Assembly (NCBI GenBank): GCA_951406725.2
Contig: OX597823.1
Location: 86,986,001-87,050,000, forward strand
Source of the DNA: Octopus vulgaris
Lineage: Eukaryota
Length of the DNA stretch: 64,000 bases
Direction of reading: 5' to 3'
The position numbers were made by a program, and so were the translations under genes. Shown here in pieces: positions 23,686 through 37,680 of the stretch. The stretch's first letter is position 1, and every line of letters begins with the position of its first letter. The notes under the pieces were generated by a model, which saw nothing but the letters and a program-made list of their open reading frames with translations, ran no database searches and had not been told where the DNA came from.

Positions 23686-25837
23686 ATGTGTGTGTGTATG
23701 TTTGTGTATATATATATATATATGTCTATGTGTGTGCATGTGTGTGTATGTGTGTGTGTTTGTGTGGGGGAAGAGAAAGATTTCTTTTTTATTAAGAAAA
23801 AAAAAGAATTATTTTTTACGATTTCCTAAGTTTATACCACTTCTTAGAATATAAATATCAAGAATGCAACATCATTTTTAAATTTCTTTATCTCAAATTT
23901 TATTAAACAACCTAAAGAATGTTAGCAAAACATCAGAATAATGTGAAATAAAAAAAAAGTTTTATAAAACCTGCTACACACATAAATATCTTTTTAGATG
24001 AACGTCATCATGAAAAATAACAGTTTCAGCAAAACAGATAATATGAACAAGAGGAGATGAATATTCTAAAATATTTTAAGTACAAGGGAAACAACGTATC
24101 ACATCAAATGTTGTTATAAGCAATCAAGTTAGAACTTCAAAGACATGAAATACTACAAAAATATTAAAGGTATGAATAATCGTGTGAAAATCAATGACAA
24201 ATCAACAATGAAAAGTTATTAAAACGACAGAATGTGACAAAAAAGTTTAATTTCTTTTTTAAGAATTGCTATTCTTGTCATAAAAATTTTTCTGAAGGAA
24301 AAAAAATACATCGTATTTGGCTTTCATGTTCTTTTCTTCTCTTATTGCGTTTTGCTTCTGTTTCCCTTTGTTTTCGTTTTGTTGTTCCTTGTAAAAGTAT
24401 TTGACAGATAAAATAAATTAAAATAAAATAAAATGTGTAGAGCGCGGCGGGTATGCAGAACAGTTTATAATCCTAGACAGACAATGTCCACGGAGAGGAA
24501 ATAGAAAACAATGACATTGCCCCTCATGAGTTCAACAAGAAAAATAAAATAAAATCCTAAACTATACAGCTAACAATGGTACAGCGTCAAGCAAAGTCAA
24601 TACACCTGTTATAAGCCATTATCAATATACCAGTCAGCTTTCAAACAGTTCTTTTCTTTGGCTTGTCAGTAAATGCACACCATCATTGTGGGCAGAAAAG
24701 AATAACATAAAAAGAATCACGATATAGTGAAGCCAGTTTTCTTTGGAAAAACTTCAACTTGAATGTGTTGTTATTTGTCTTGTTTTATATTTGTGAGTTT
24801 AGCCATCAATGAATCTTAACAAGTTGTCCTATACTTTTGGGAATAGTAGTGGAAGATGATAGATTCACTGAAGACCATAACGATGGTCTGAACATTTTTA
24901 TCAAACAGTATGGATGTAAGAATGGTTCTTACTTAAAGAATTACTCTCACTCTTTCTTACTCCTGTTGCCGACATCGAAAGTTGGTTGTGCATTCGTGTA
25001 AAACATTGAATCAGATAGAATCATCGATATTGTCTCCATTTGAGGAAAATTTAAAAACAAATGTAATGTTCAAACATAACAAAACAATACCACAAACACA
25101 AAAACCAAAGTAAAAAATAAAACTCTTTACAAATAAAAACAACTAATTTATATTATTTCATTTTTGCAATAATATAAGAGTTGAATCAAAATTATTTCCA
25201 ATGTGTATTTTATTGGATTTTAAAACAATCTTCATCTTCTATCCTTGTTAAACTTGGAGACAAATGTCTTCTTTATAAAATAATGTTTTTGTAATACTGT
25301 CTCCTCATTGGTTTCTTTTATTAATGATTCTCAATAAGACTATTGCAATTATTAATATTACTACTATTATTATGAATATTATTAATGTTGTTGTTGCTGT
25401 TGTTGTCGTTGTTGTTTTGGATTGTGATTTTTTAATGCCAACTATTTTGATAATTAATGTAACTTCCTGTAAGAAAAAAAGCACCATCAATGAATCTTGT
25501 AGCATTCGCATTAATTTGAATAATTCTAATGTTGAATTGAATACTCCGTCAGTTTCAACGATGAGCATTCAGTTGTGAGACCACATGACTTTTTATACAT
25601 GTCTTTAATGTATAAGTTAATAGCTATTCCGCAGATTTGTGAATACTTAATGCGATTCTTATGTCGAATCAACATGAAAATGTTGTACTATTGAAACACG
25701 GACACGATCAAGAAGGTGAGGAAGAAATGAAATGATAATTATACCATAGGGATTTCATGGCGTTCAGTGGGGATGTTATCCATCCACAGATTATCAAAGA
25801 CAAACATGACCTCGGTGGAATTTGAAATCCAGAAATA

Positions 25838-26034
25838 TAAGAGTGGGTGCTGAAAACTTCTTGGCTGTTAAGGGCCTATCGTTGAAGGGCCTTGCTGGAG
25901 GGCCAGCATTCTGAGTTCTTTCACAGGATTCGAAAAACTGAAAGACTGCTATGATAAGTGTTAGACAAAATCATAATTAACTGATCTTCCTTTATTTTTT
26001 TCTTTACCCAGGAACTTTTCAGGACCCCCTCCTA
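25838..26034. mobile_element. Mariner-type MITE
   Basis: TIRs GAGTGGGTGCTGAAAACTTCTTGG / CCAGGAACTTTTCAGGACCCCCTC with TA flanks. Confidence 0.7.
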
Positions 26035-26712
26035 GATCAGAACAAATAATACTATAAATTCTGTGAAACGCTGTGACGATTCTGCTATTTCATAGCCTTG
26101 ATATATCTACATTTTCATTATTCGTACCAACAGATCAACTCCAGCTAGGTTAATTTCGTTCAAATATGGCGGCTAGCTCTTTCCCTTTTGAAAATCAAGA
26201 TGGGGAAGATTATACAGTGAAAAAAAAACGAGTAATTAGATGTTTTAGAAATCTTTTCCTACGTTGAGCATTGTTCTAACATTAATGGTTTCAAATGTTG
26301 GTACAAAGCCAGGAACTTTAGGGAAGTCGCAAATCGATTGCAGCGCTCTCAGGGTGTTTCTTCTATCTATGAAAGGATGAAAGGTAAAACTGACTTCGGC
26401 GGAATTTGAACTCAGAACGTAAAGGGTGGAAGTAATGCCATTAAGCATTTTGTCCGATGCTCCATCTTTCCGTTATACGTTGACCAAAGAATAAAGCGTA
26501 AATTTGCAGTACCTCATTTGATTTGGAGCTATGATTCTTAGACGTATCCTTTTTATAGCCTTAGAGATGGAATGGGAACCATTGAATGGTAAAATAATAC
26601 AAAATGGATCAAGAAAAATAAGATGGACGATTGGACAATGTGAGAGATGACATTAGATAGACAAAAATTCGAAAACTGACGACTGAAATGTAAATATAAA
26701 TAAAGAAGCCAT

Positions 26713-26916
26713 TACTCTTTTGCTTATTTCAGTCATTTGACTACGGCCATGCCGGAGCACCGCCTTTAGTTGTGCAAATCGACCCCAGGACTTATTCTTT
26801 GTAATCTTGGTACTTATTCTATCGGTCCTTTTTGCCGAATCGCTAGATAACGGGAACGTAAACACACCAGCATCGGTTGTCAAGTGATGTTGGGGGGGAC
26901 AATCACAGACACACAA

Positions 26917-26952
<36 letters not shown>

Positions 26953-26965
26953 ACACCCACACACA

Positions 26966-27019
<54 letters not shown>

Positions 27020-27244
27020 CATATACAGAGAGACAAAAGACAGACAGAGAGACAACAATTGCCATTTATGTATTATATATGTATACGACGGTCTTCTTTC
27101 AGTTTCCGTCGAACAAATACAGTCGCAAAGCTTTTGTCGGCCTGCGACTATATTAGAAGACACTTAGGAGCAACGCAGAGGGACTGAACCCGGAACCATG
27201 TGGATAGGAAGAACACTGCTTACCACAAAGCCATGCCTGCGCCT
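26713..27244 (-). mobile_element. SINE family B with expanded (CA)n/(TA)n
   Basis: Reverse-complement family B motifs. Confidence 0.85.
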
Positions 27245-27349
27245 GTGCAGTTTATATTAAGAGTTATATTATCCGGCACACTCTTCATTCTACCAATATG
27301 TTGCCATGAGAATTCTTTCAAATGAAAAGAAAATCAAGTATATTAATAT

Positions 27350-28165
27350 TGGTTTGGAATTTTAGTACAGTTCCAGCAATTTTATGGGAGGATGTCGTAG
27401 ATTACATCGACCCCAGTGTTCAACTGGTACTTATTTCGGTGACTCCAAAAGGATTAAAGCCAAAATATACCACAGTGAAATTTGAATTCAAAATTTAAAA
27501 GAGCCGGCAGAAAAATCAGTAACCATTTTGTCTTTTGCGACAGTTTGTCTGCTCGATGTCTTGGAAGGTATTAATATTGGTTTGATGGAATGTGCAAGTT
27601 AATTATATCAACCCCAATGCTCAATGCGTACCATTTTATCGACTCCAAAGGGATGAAAGCCAAACTCAACCTCGGCCAAATTTGAACTCAAAACGTAAAT
27701 ACAGACTAAATGCCGTTAAGTATTTTGCCCACCGTGGTACCGATTCTGCCAGCTCACCGACTTTCCGCGGGTGTTCATATTAAAATGTCAGGATTACATG
27801 AGTTTATCATTATATGTTGATTTTGTTTGGTTCCAGAGTACTAGGTAAATCGTAATCAAACCGATCTATCAGGTAATGGTTCGATTCATGATGATCTTAA
27901 ATCAATATCAGTTAACCTGGAAGGCGACAAGCTGACAAGATCTTCACCGCTTCGGACAAAATACTCAGAGGTGTTTTGTCCGTCTTGGCGTTCGGATTTC
28001 AAATTGCACCGAGGTCGACTTTGCCTTTCATCGTTTCGAGGTCGATAAAATAAGTCCCCCTTGAACACCGGGGTCGATAAAATAAGTAACACTTGGAAAA
28101 TGAGGTCGATATAATCGACTTATCTCTTCTCCAGAAACTATGGCACTGTGGCAAAATTAGAAACC
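27350..28165. mobile_element. Cluster of degraded family A SINE copies (two minus, one plus)
   Basis: Fragments of ATCGACCCCAGTG..GGTACTTATTTTATCGAC..GGATGAAAG. Confidence 0.7.
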
Positions 28166-29249
28166 AGCATCAGATAACCTATTCAGGACAATATTTTCTT
28201 AATATGTTGAGGTGTGACTTGAGGGAAATTTGGCTGTTGTTACTACCCGATCAAGCAAATCTGTGTAGGATCTTTCGTTGGTCCAGTTAATTTTTTTTAT
28301 GTAAAATAACATTGTTGATCAAAGCAGCAGATACAATTTTTTTGGAGATAATTCTTCCTGACATTTAATATTCTAAGTTTAAATCCAGACCAGTTTGATT
28401 CTTAAATTCTGTAGTTTACAGCAGAGAGCGTGTGTTAGTACATACGTTGCATTCATTCACAAATATCTTGTATTTCTCTTGATGTATCCTATATCTAAGA
28501 TCTGCCGCCAGATTTTGCTTCCCTAGGTTGCCGTACTTCAATGAGCCTGATGTATTGAACATACTGTCGTCGTAAAAGGAAAAAGTTATCATTCTATGAC
28601 GTACACTTCACTGGTCAGTATATTTTGCGTTCGAACCTGTCTAAAGGTGATAATAAATATACGAATAATCGTTCCAGTTTTCGTTATACACGGTGCAAAT
28701 AGCATTTTGTTATTGATTGGTAGATACAAGTATCGATCTATGAACAATTTGTTTGTTGTAAGTACAAAGTCGCTGGTTTTGTTTAAGCTCAGGGTCCCGC
28801 CTGCTTCTGGCTGATGAGACAAAACATTTTGAAACACCGATGTCACAGAATATCAGAAGCCAATGTGCCGAATGTGTTGAATGCACCGTCATCGTAAAAG
28901 AGTGACTTACACTATAACGACCAACATATTTTGCGCCTGAACTTGTCGAACCATGTTAAGAGTATATATGTAAGTGGTTGTTGATGATTTGTAATATTAG
29001 CGAAGTATTTTTGAAGTTTTCATCACCCGGGTATAGGTGTCACTTTCCGTTGGACTAAAACTTTCAAGACGGTACCATTGAATGGCAACATACCAATATT
29101 TCAAACAAGTTAAAGATAAAAGATATATTGCGATTGATTAAACTACCGTTTCTGCTAGTCACAAACTACACAAGCATCGCCTCCATTTCACCATCTCACC
29201 TCGATCTGCTAATATGACATCAACTAATGGAGGCTTGGTCGATATTTCA

Positions 29250-29610
29250 CGTGATGATGATGATCATCATCATCATCGTCATCATCATCATGACGAATTT
29301 GATGGTGGGGATGGTGGTGGGGTTGGTGCTGGTGCTGGTAATGACGATGACTATGACAACAAAGACACTGATGATGATGATAATAACTATGATAAAGATG
29401 ACCACGATGAATATGATGATGACGACGATGACAACGACAACGACGACGGTGATGATAATGGTGACAATGATGACGACGCCGCCGCCGTTGATGATGATGA
29501 GGAGGAGAATGACGATCTCGACGACGATGTTGATGATGGTGATAATGATGAATAATGATGACAATGACTACGACACCGTCGATAATGATGATGATGATAT
29601 CGGTGACGAC
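29250..29610. repeat. Degenerate (GAT/GAC)n trinucleotide tract
   Basis: Direct reading. Confidence 0.92.
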
Positions 29611-30209
29611 GTCGGTCATGTGATTCCATTACTATGAAGACGATGAATCTTATTACTAATGGTAATGCTGTATAGTGCTGTTTTGTCTTTTGTGAAATAA
29701 TATCTTCTTCTTGTGACATTTAATACAGAAAAAAAATGCTTGCTTTTTACTCGTTTCTTTCTTTTATATCTATACTGTCTTGTATTTTGTACATAATGAC
29801 TGACGGCCTACTTCTTTATATACACCGTTCGAAAAAACCGCTAGGAGAAAATATTTTCTTTTTCCTCATTGTGCCCTCTCAAGAACTATATAAAGCCCAT
29901 CAACACATCATTCTTGCGATGAATTGAATGGCAGATAATAGTTTCTATTGGCATTCAGAATTCTCTTTTCTCACTTCCTAATGTTATCGACCTGGTGGTG
30001 GACCTTTTCCTTTTGAGAAGAATCAGAATTTTGGCAAAGTTCAGTTAAACAGCAAAGAACGTGAATTCGTATAAAAACTTAATGGATGTTAGCATTCATA
30101 GAGGCGAAAATGGCAACATTTTCAACTCCACTGATCATTTAAACGTATTATGTTGTGAACTTGCCACCTCTTTTTATAAAGAGAGTTTGAGATGAATAAT
30201 TTAAAAACT

Positions 30210-30444
<235 letters not shown>

Positions 30445-31818
30445 TAAAAATATATTGTGTTGTTAGAATTCGCTGATAAGGAGAATAATGGCTACCTCCT
30501 GCGATTTTGGAATGATATATCTTCAGGCATGTTGCATTTTCCTTCCGAATTTTGCCAACGGCGAACATTCTGTGTTCGCCTCTCCCGTGGCGCAGTCTTA
30601 AGCCGTGCAAAGGGGAAAACAACAGGAGTTTTGAAGTGTGCCACTTACGCAGAGTGATGGCTGACGTTGGAAAATGGCGTTCTCTGACGTGGTTCAGCCT
30701 TCACCACACTCGGTTCGTAAAACGTATGCTATCAGTGATGTCGTCACATTAGTTTTAACTTAATATCTACCAAACGCATGAGGATACAAACAGATTTTTA
30801 TCTGGACAAAGAAGAAGCCTCCTAAAAATCAGAGTGCGAGTATATTCATTGTTGAAATGTAATGCATAAACTTGATTGCTTTATAAGTGTTATATACTGC
30901 TAATAGTTATATAAGAGGTAACGTATACAGCATCAGAAAGTGAAACTGCTGTTTAGATGGAAATATAATAAAACAATGATCTAGTATGTATCCTCACCTC
31001 AAGAAATAAGGTTTATGTTCCAGTGATGTTTTGTAACTGAGAGAATGTTCAATGAATATGACAAGCATTATTTAAACACTTTCGTTTGAATTGAGAAATA
31101 AAGATGTCTCTAGTTTTCTATTCGTTCCGTAAGTATACTACACCGCATTTCTCTAGTTGTTTATGCATGCATGTATGCATGTTTGCATTTATGTATGTAC
31201 GTATGTGTATATATCTTGTGTGTATATTAAGATGTACGTTTAAAGCTCCACGTAGATTATCATTATCAGTCGGCTTCCTCTATGGTGGTTAGTCTATAGT
31301 TACTGGATATAATATACAATCGATACGTAGGGGAAAAATTAAGATAAACGCGATGCAAGGATAGATATTTAGTTTCTACCTACGTTTCTTTATTGCTGTT
31401 ATATGGCAGTCAGCACAGTAGATGATCTAAGTTCATCTGAATGTCTAAGTGTCATTAAGGCCAACTGTATATGTGTGTGTGTTTGTGTGTGTGTGATTGT
31501 GTGTATGTGATTGTGTTTGTGTGTGCATGTATATATATATATATATATATATATATTCATATAATATAATATAATTCGAGACAAAACCACTATTTTAAAA
31601 CCAAACAAGGAAAGACTTAATCAATACATAAAATTTTAATATAAATTAAATAAATAGTGGTTTTGTCTCGAATTATATTATATAATATTTTACTATAAAA
31701 TTGGATTTAACCCTAAATCTGATTTTTCCCTGTAATTTTGGATTCATTCCCTAATATTTATTATATATTCATATATATAAAGAGATAGATAGATATATAC
31801 ATGCATATATACATACAT

Positions 31819-31885
<67 letters not shown>

Positions 31886-32079
31886 GTTGAATTGGGTATT
31901 TAAGTTGAAGCACCAGTCAGTCCGGTATTATCGATACAGCTCGAAGGTGAATAAAATCTAAATACGTAACAAGATTTTAAGTAGCAATGCAGCAAGAGGC
32001 GCTTGAAACTGTCGTACTGCATTATTACTTGAAATCCTATTACTCCTTTTGACTTTATATATATATATATATATAACGA

Positions 32080-32390
32080 ATAAAGTCGACTCCACCATCG
32101 GGACCAACCTTGCTTGTACAAGAATGAAGGCGCGCTGGCAAGTCGCTGCTCCTCGAAATGGAAACCTTACCTCTTATTGTTGGTTTGTAGTACGAAGCAA
32201 AACAAGCATTGCCATCCACCCAAAGAAACGGATCGTAAATGATCCACAACCATTCAAGCAAACTGAGTCTTCAACTTCTATTTGCCAAAAGATTAGCAAG
32301 ACCCGAGCAGGCCTCAAGAAACACATTTATGTCCTTAGAACATGACTACCGCTTTATTTCACAGAATCGTTCACGAGGAGAGAATCCATC
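32080..32390 (+). mobile_element. 3' fragment of an RTE-like LINE
   Basis: SICQKISKTRAGLKKHIYV resembles the C-terminal C..C.K.CKSRAGL.SH.R.H finger of RTE-clade ORFs. Confidence 0.5.
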
Positions 32391-32944
32391 TCATATATAT
32401 ATACATGTTTGTGTGTGTGTTCATATATATGTATATATATATATATAAAAGTGAAGTTGTGTGAGTGTCTGTCTCCTGCGATTTAGATTCCTAACTACTC
32501 CCACATTTTGCGGTGCAGTTTAACCAAATTCGGGTAACTTATAGTCGTGATTCATATCGAGCCCGTCTGGGTATTGCGTCTACGATGAGTCTACGATTTT
32601 AAAAATAATTTACCATCATTTTTTTCCACTTTAACGCATATTTTTTCAGTGTTGATGGCGGTGGAGTTGGCGTCCATGCTCACACCTGCACCTGTGTTGC
32701 TTCTCCCCCTTCTTCCCTCCCTCGTGAAGCTGTGGGGAAGGGAGTGTAAGGAAATCAACGTCGTAAAGCGTTGTCAAGGAGACCAGCGTTCTTTTAGAAC
32801 AACGACTTCATGGCTTGAAGTCGCCAAAACAGAAATCGCTAAAAAAGCTGAAACAGATCCACAAAAAACGGCAAAAACCGCCACACAGGGCAGGTTTCCT
32901 GTGCAAACAATTTGCACAACCGAATGTTTTAGTTGTTGCACAAA

Positions 32945-33341
32945 TCTTTATATATAAAAGTGAAGTTGTGTGTCTGTCTCCTACGATTTAGATTCCTAAC
33001 TACTCCCACATTTTGCGGTGCAGTTTAACCAAAACCGGGTATCTTATAGTCGTGATTCATATCGAGCCCTTCTGGGTATTAGCGCGCGTCTACGATGAGT
33101 CTACGATTTAAAAAAAAATTTACCATCATTTTTTTCCATTTTAATGCATTTTTTCGCTATTATATAAGGGAAGTAACTCTCTAAAAATGTCTACGATGAG
33201 TCAACGATTTTAAAAAAATTACCATAATTTTTTATTCCATTTTTAATGCATTTTTTTGCTATATTTTTGCTATAACTCTCTAAAAATGCTTATATAGTTA
33301 TTTCCCTTAAAAACCCGAGCAACGCCGGGCGATACTGCTAG
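32945..33341 (+). mobile_element. Non-autonomous Helitron
   Basis: A|TC start, CCCG-AGCAACGC-CGGG subterminal hairpin, CTAG|T end; its 5' ~190 bp is duplicated at ~32440-32640. Confidence 0.85.
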
Positions 33342-33388
33342 TATATATATATATATACAAGATAAAAAGAACAACCCTTATCTCAATT

Positions 33389-33427
<39 letters not shown>

Positions 33428-34066
33428 AATCTTACTGAAATTTCGTTAATCCCTAAACTAAAATATTTTAGTATCCAGTTCTATTACCGAACGTGTGCAT
33501 AATACACACGTTCTTGTAGACATATTTATATATACACACGTAACGCAATTCATTTAAGTATATATACATATACATACACAGTTCCATACATGCATGTATA
33601 TATATTTATGGTAAAACATTAGTTTAGATATTAATTCAAATCTAAATAATATAATTTATATCTAAATAAAAAAAAAAGATAGTAATATAAGTTCAACTTA
33701 CAATTTATTCAAGTTATAGTTCGAAGTAAATACAGGAGAAAGGTCGACTCGGCGTCATTTGAACTCAGAACGTAAAGTCTTAAGAAATTCCGTTATGCAT
33801 TTCTCTCTGCGCACTAAAGATTCTGCCAGTTTTTGCTTTTAGCAACAACATCAACGATTGTAACAATAATAATAATGTTTTCTGTATTAACCGCAAAGGG
33901 TTAACTAAAATATTTGCGGACGGTATAGGACAATATAATGAGAGGTTACATGAAAAGCGTGTGAAAACTGAAAAGAAACAGCAGCAACAACAACAACAAC
34001 AACACCACTACCACTACAACCACCATCACCACCACCACCAACAACAACAACAACAGTAATAATAAT

Positions 34067-34153
<87 letters not shown>

Positions 34154-34154
<1 letters not shown>

Positions 34155-34975
34155 GTTGCTCAAGACCAATGTTTCTTAACCCGGAACTATCAAGCCAATG
34201 TGAAAAAAAAATGGCGCTGACCCAAAATGCCGATTCTGTAACGATGAGATTGAAACTATAGACCACCTAATCTCAGGGTGTAGAGTCTTAGCACCTGTAG
34301 AATATAAAGCAAGTCATGACAGAGTCGGCCAGTATTTACACTGGACAATATGTCGGCATTATAAAATCAAACCACTGATAAATGGTATAAACACCATCCT
34401 GAAGCTGTGACTGAGGGAGAAAATGTGTCGATTCTATGGGACTTCCCCGTACACACCGACAAAACTATAAAAGCTAATAAACCGCATATTACTATAAAAG
34501 ATCAGACAAAAAGGATGTGTTTATTAATTGACATGAGTATTCCTTGTGATCACAATATAGCGGCGAAAGAATTTGACAAGATCAGTAAATATAAAGACTT
34601 GCTAATAGAAATTGAATAAATGTGGCATCTCAAGGCGACTACAGTACCAGTGATTGTAGGATAACTAGGAATGATAAAAAAACAAAGGTACTGAAACCTA
34701 TTTGAAAATGATACCAGGCTTACCATCCCGACAGGAAGTGCAAAAATTCGTGTTCACTGGAACGGCTCATGTGCTGAGAAGAGCATTATCGCTGTGAAAT
34801 CAACATCCATTCATGAATTGATTTATTTATTAATTTTTCTAAATACATATTTTACCTGTGAATTTTCGTGTGTAATGTGAGAATGCATACATTGAGCTTC
34901 TCTGCCCGAGGTGTACGGAAAACACTCGGCGAGAAGTGGAAGAAAATTTGAAGAAAAAAGGAAAACAAAAATGAT
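34154..34975 (+). mobile_element. 5'-truncated RLE-type LINE (R4/Dong-like) relic
   Basis: Translates to AQDQ..TRNY..KCRFC..ETIDHLISGC..HDRV..LHW (CCHC knuckle), ILWDF..TD..ANKP..LLID..P.D.N...KISKYKDL (restriction-like endonuclease) and GTAHVLRRALSL*; frameshifts and stops present; flanked by (AAT)n. Confidence 0.9.
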
Positions 34976-35314
34976 AATAATAAACGGAATGCTCATAGTT
35001 ACAACCACTTCAATCATTGGTTTCATGTATTATAGTTTATATAGAGTTAAACAATCTTTGAAATCATTGCGGCTAACGTTGTCGGATTTAAGACTTAACA
35101 CTTTGATTATATTAAATCTAAGTTAAGACTCGTATTTCAATTTTCTCACCGAAAGATTCATTTTTCGCACTTCATAATACCCAAGCCGAAACGATATCAT
35201 CGGCTTAAATCAACACAGGATATTTGCTTACCGCCTAAGATCACTGCCAAATGACAGAGTGTGACAAATGAAGAAAAAAAATGCACGATGATGATGATGA
35301 TGATGATGATGATG

Positions 35315-35377
<63 letters not shown>

Positions 35378-37286
35378 GTCATGATGACGGGAAATAGATC
35401 CCTGACCTCCTGTCTCTCGCGTTAACGAGTAAACAGAAATGACACACGAGAAACAACAGTACAAACAATAGTAATTTGAAATTTGCGCACGCCATATTTG
35501 TTTTTATTTATTTATCTTTCATTTATTTATTTCAATCATCGTAGAGTTATTGTTCTTTATTCTCCCCGCCCCCACTGCCTCAAACTTTCTTTTCATGCTA
35601 AGATTTCTAGTTCATTATTCTTATTTATTTATATATGCATTCATTTATTCTCGTTTACGAAGAACTTAAAAGTTATCAGAACGAGGCTCGTTATATCATT
35701 TATATTTCAACCAAAAGCAACATGACTATCGTAATTCTAGTGGAGATTATTGATTCGCTTTCTGATTTGATTGCAACAATGATTACTGTTGTTATATCGT
35801 CCGATTGTTGAGGTTAAAATGATAGGAAGAACATGGCGGTAGAAGAAAACAAACAAACAAAAATCTTGGCATCAGTTGCGTTGTTATATTTGTTTTCTAG
35901 TTCCTCTGCCTATTTCTGATGATAATGATAAAAGAAGCAGAAGTAGAAGAGAAGTATGGGAGGGGTTACTTCCTCTTGGTGATTATTTACAAATTCGGCG
36001 TGCGCTCTTCACAATTCGTTGTTAGAGGCGGCAAATAAAGATGTGTTGTACGTGTAATGACCTCCATGTTAGTTCGGAACGTGCAAACATTGTTTACTCA
36101 TTTTACAGATCAACTTTCCTCAAATAGGAAGAAGACCGTGCAAAAACGACACTTCATCAAATGCATATTTGAAACATATTCGCTCGGTTCATCAAACATT
36201 TCACAGTTTCTATCTATTTTCATTCTCTTTATTTCCTTTATTTCTCTCTCCACAGACACACATACAAACATATATATATATATATACATAGGTATATACA
36301 TATGTGTATATATATGAATATATATATATATATATATATATGTATACACTCACACACACACACATATATAATGTTTGGTTTTTGTACTTTTATTTCATTT
36401 CATTTCATTTCCGTATTGGTGTTTTAGTTTGTTCGTATTTTCTCTCTTGCCAATTCTTTGTATTTTCACGTTTTTGAATTTCAAGTATGAACCACCAATT
36501 GCAATGATATCATTTATACATTGTGTCACTTTCTGTATTTATTATTTCTTTCGTTATTTCTATTTAATTGTGAATGATTCACTAGTTTTTCATTAACTAA
36601 CTTCCTTTCTAATAATATATATAACGTTCTTCTCTGTTATCACTACATCACATCGTTCACTTCTCTATGTAACTATTATGTTTCTTTTATATTTGATTAT
36701 ATGAAACTATATTTTCCTTCTTTCTCACTGTATTGTATGTTAATATCAGCTCTGCTATCTATGGTTTCTAATCAATTTTCAGTCCTTCCAACACAGAAAA
36801 ATTTTTCCGCAAAATGTAGGGTGTCATACTTAATACTTTTCAGTATATAGTTTCATTCGTGTTTGTTCCGTGTTTAAAATCCCGTTACAGCAAACTTGGC
36901 ATTTATTTCATGGAAAGTTAAAGCATAACGATTCACTGAATACCGTTCACTCTGGTTTCTCCACCCTTGAATATGAAGCACGTAATGGGTTTTCAGACAA
37001 ATGCGTCGGTTTTGTTTCCTTTCCATTCCCAAGTCATATATCTGAAATTAAGTAAATTTTATTCAAATTTCAGATCAGAGATGACAGGCAAAAGTTATAA
37101 GAGTAACAATAAAACTACAAAAAAGCCATGAAATACTTTTTCGTGCAGCTTTAAATAATACCAGAACTGATTAAAATATGGAAATGCGCATTTCAGAGTT
37201 CAACAACTACCAATAAGTTCATCACTGAATTTATGACGAATCGAAGTTTCTTATTTCGTACTCATTGAATATTAAATCAGTAGATA

Positions 37287-37480
37287 CAGTTCTATATTTA
37301 AGAGATGTGGAATTATGTACATTATTTATATTATTTACCTTATTTACATTTGACGGATATTTGTCCTCATCTTGTTTGTTGTTAACACGTTTCGGCTGAT
37401 ATACCCACCAAACTCCATCAGATGTTTTGGAGAAATTTCGAAGCTGGGTTCTCATTCCTAAGGTATTTTTCGATGTTATT

Positions 37481-37573
<93 letters not shown>

Positions 37574-37606
37574 GTTGTTGTTGTTGTCATTATTATTATA
37601 TGTATA

Positions 37607-37638
<32 letters not shown>

Positions 37639-37680
37639 CATTGTTCAGCTCACTGCTTGAAATCGAACTCGGAATCTTGG
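37287..37680 (-). mobile_element. Family D element with long internal (AAT)n and degenerate hammerhead (37384-37426)
   Basis: B box GAGTTCGATTTC near 37670, (AAT)n, ATCGAAAAATACCTTAGGAATGAGAACCC, 3' end AAATATAGAACTG at 37287. Confidence 0.8.

Noticed and set aside
24800-25578. Possible exons (VVEDDRFTEDH..; SCKKKSTINESCS..IQL*)
   Set aside because: No recognisable domain, weak splice sites and no consistent chain of exons
36090-36210. Good acceptor (CATTTTACAG) followed by ..YLKHIRSVH
   Set aside because: No Cys pair for a C2H2 finger, no convincing donor and no partner exons
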